DNA from: Tubulanus polymorphus
Taxonomy: Eukaryota; Animalia; Nemertea
NCBI RefSeq assembly: GCF_964204645.1
Contig: NC_134029.1
Span: 13,790,850 to 13,854,849, forward strand
Direction of reading: 5' to 3'
DNA: 64,000 bases
The position numbers and the translations under genes are program-made. The notes under the pieces are model-generated. The model searched no databases, had not been told where the DNA came from, and saw only the letters and a list, made by a program, of their open reading frames with translations. Position 1 is the stretch's first letter. Every line of letters begins with the position of its first letter. Positions 61,411-64,000 of this stretch are shown in pieces.

Positions 61411-64000
61411 TGTTTGGTCGTTCTGATAAAGAAGATAAACGTTGTAGTCCGGGAAAAGTAATTTTGACAAAATTACACGACCCTACAGACATGTCGAGAT
61501 TCTGGGAAACCGAAGAAATGGGTGTTTGTTTGAACTGGTGCTGTCACGAAATACAACTGGGCGAAAAAATCAAAACTGCGATCGAAGGGAAAGAAGAATT
61601 AGAGATTCGTTCGTCCGCCATTCGAATCGGAAATCGGTGGCAAATTCCGTTACCGTGGAAAAAGGATCCAAATCAGCTACCAGATAATTATTATCAAGCA
61701 TTTGCGAAATTGCGCGGTTTGGAACAACGATTGCAGAAATCCCCGAAATTGGCTGAGATTTATAATGAGCAAGTTGAGCAACTAGTGAAGTCCGGTTCGG
61801 CAAAGAAAATGACGGCTGAAGAAATCGAAAATTATCGTGGGCCTGTTCATTATATGAGTCACCATGCTGTAGTTCGACCAGATAAACCAACTCATCCGTG
61901 CCGTATGGTTTCAATCAAGCTGAGAACTATAGAGGTCATGTGATAAATGATTATTTGAGTAAATGCGGTGATCATCTCAACAATTTACTCGGAGTGTTGA
62001 TTCGCTGGCGTGAAAGAGAGTATGTATTGGTCGGAGATGTCAAAAAGATGTACCATCAAGTTCTCGTTAGCCCAGGTATCGATACTCAAACGCATCGATT
62101 CTTATGGCGAAATTATGAGTCGAATCGAGATCCAGATATTTACGTCAAGATGGTCTTAACATTTGGAGATGTATCGTCACCAGCTCTCGCAAATATTGCA
62201 ATGGATATGACTGCGGATCAATATAAAACACAGTATCCAGATGCCGTCGCAACGATTAAGCAATGTCGATATATGGATGACATCGCAGATAGTGTGAATA
62301 CCGTTTTCGATTTAGAAAAGCGTTGTTGTTAAAGGGAAAATCGGACTGCAGGAATTATGGCGAGTATCAACCGATACCAGAGAAGATGCAAGACAAATGG
62401 TTAAGATGGATCGAGGAAATTCGTAAGCTGGAAACACGGAAGTTTGATCGATGTCTAACTCCGGCAAATGCGGCGTCAGATCCAGACCTTGTCATTTTCT
62501 GTGATGCATCAAATGTCGCTTTCGGGAGTGTTGCATATTTACGTTTGATATGTGGAGATGGAAAGGTGGAGATAAAGTTTGCGTTGGCGAAGTCGAGGAT
62601 TGCACCTATTCGTACGATAAGTCTTCCACGAAAAGAACTACAATCATTGGTATTGGGCTGTAGAATTTATGAGACTATCAAGGTTGAATCGAGACTCGAA
62701 ATCAAGAACGTTTACATTTTTACTGATTCGATGATTGCTTACTCGTGGATTCAGAATGACTCGCGGGTATATAAAACATTTGTTGCGAATAGGATCGGAG
62801 AAATTCTGTCTAAAACTGAGCATAGTTATTACGGCCATTGTCCGTCGACTGAGAATGTGGCCGATGATATTAGCCGTGGAATCAATGAATCCGATTTAGA
62901 TGTTCGCTGGGTTGGTGGGCCAGAATTTCTGCGTCAACCGAAAGATGTATGGCCAGTGTCATATCCTACCGAAACAACCGAGATAGATGATTCCGAACAA
63001 AAACTAGGGTGCGTTATGGTCACAAAACCAAGATTCGAGATAAGTGCGTTGCAGAAAGTTAGCACGTTGAATCGTCTGATACGCCTCGTTGCAATGGTTC
63101 TGCGATTTGTGAAAAATTTGCAGGCGAGAGTTCGGAATAAGAAAGAACAACTTCAAACGGGAGAAGTTACTGCAGCCGAATTAAAGTGCGCGAAAAGCAC
63201 AATCGTGATATTGGCACAAACCGAAGTTAGAAATCGGAAATATGAAGTGGAATTTCGGAAATTATCGCCGGTTGTAGATTCTGCAGGGATTATCCGAGTA
63301 GGAGGTCGACTTGGAAACGCTGATGTAGCTTATGATCAGAAACATCCCGTTCTATTACCAAAGGATCATTTCATATCGAAACTTATCGTGGAACATCAGT
63401 ATCGATATGGTCATCCTGGAGTTGCAGCGACAACCGCGAAGGTCCGACGAGGATTCTGGATAATCGGGTTGAATCGGTTAGCTAAATCGGTAGTGCGCAG
63501 TTGCTTATTTTGTCGTGAAATGTGTGCAAAAGTGGAGGATCAGTACATGGCTGACCTTCCGAGTATTCGATTGAATCCGAGCCCTCCGTTTCAACATACC
63601 GCGTGCAATCTTTTTGGACCGTTTAACGTCCGAATCAAGCGAATGACAACAATGAAAGTTTGGGGTGTTATTTTCACCTGTCTCGCGACTCGTGCAGTGT
63701 ATTGCGATATCGCGCTTGATTACTCGGCACAGGAATTTATTCAAACCTTTCGACGTTTTCTATCTGTAAGAGGAAAACCGGAATCGATGTAGAGTGACAA
63801 TGGGTCTCAACTAGTAGCTGCACAGAAGGAAATTCGGGTCTGGTACGCAAATCACGAAATTTCGTGGCAGTTCATTACACCGATAGCGCCGCATCAGAAC
63901 GGTTGCGCTGTAGCGTTGGTGAAATCCGTTAAAAGGAATTTGAAAATTGTGATTGGAGAACAAGTAGTTGCGCCGTTTGAACTTCAAACTATTATATTTG
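61410..64000 (+). pseudogene. BEL/Pao pol remnant (RT, RNase H, integrase) with frameshifts, an internal deletion near 62325 and stops
   Basis: ORF pieces at 61410, 61898 and 62323; stop at 63790 before SDNG. Confidence 0.85.

Larger units (their letters stand above)
58871..64000 (+). mobile_element. BEL/Pao LTR retrotransposon, decayed, runs off the window (5' LTR tentatively 58871-59556)
   Basis: Gag with three CCHC-type knuckles, protease LLDSGSQ, RT TFGD/YMDD, RNase H FCDAS, integrase H-H-CxxC and SDNG; second LTR not visible. Confidence 0.88.

Overview
Repeat-rich eukaryotic (probably invertebrate animal) DNA with no host gene I can support. It is dominated by three same-orientation copies of one AT-rich Maverick/Polinton (endogenous polinton-like virus) family. 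Copy A shows only its right part (1-3753, ORFs open). Copy B is decayed and left-truncated (~7745-31967). Copy C is full length (38025-57122; termini AGTAAT...ATTACT, 6-bp TSD GGCGTA) and encodes protein-primed PolB, penton, major capsid, rve-chromo integrase and an A32-like ATPase, many with lesions. Nested in and around them are six Helentron-type non-autonomous elements, a CR1/L2-group LINE with a 2A-like peptide, two Harbinger-type MITEs, a tRNA-derived SINE and a decayed BEL/Pao LTR element. Three things stand out. (1) A 3.66-kb almost perfectly palindromic element (32840-36495) has Polinton-type termini and its own 6-bp TSD but different genes, and looks like a non-autonomous hairpin satellite of the Polinton. 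(2) A ~355-aa LAGLIDADG intein sits in the catalytic YxD|TD motif of the Polinton polymerase. (3) A variable cassette slot near the right end holds an HNH nuclease in copy A and, in copy C, a ~310-nt highly structured Pol III-like RNA (TATA box, stems rich in G-U pairs, T4 end). All calls come from reading the sequence by eye; no database searches or folding programs were run.
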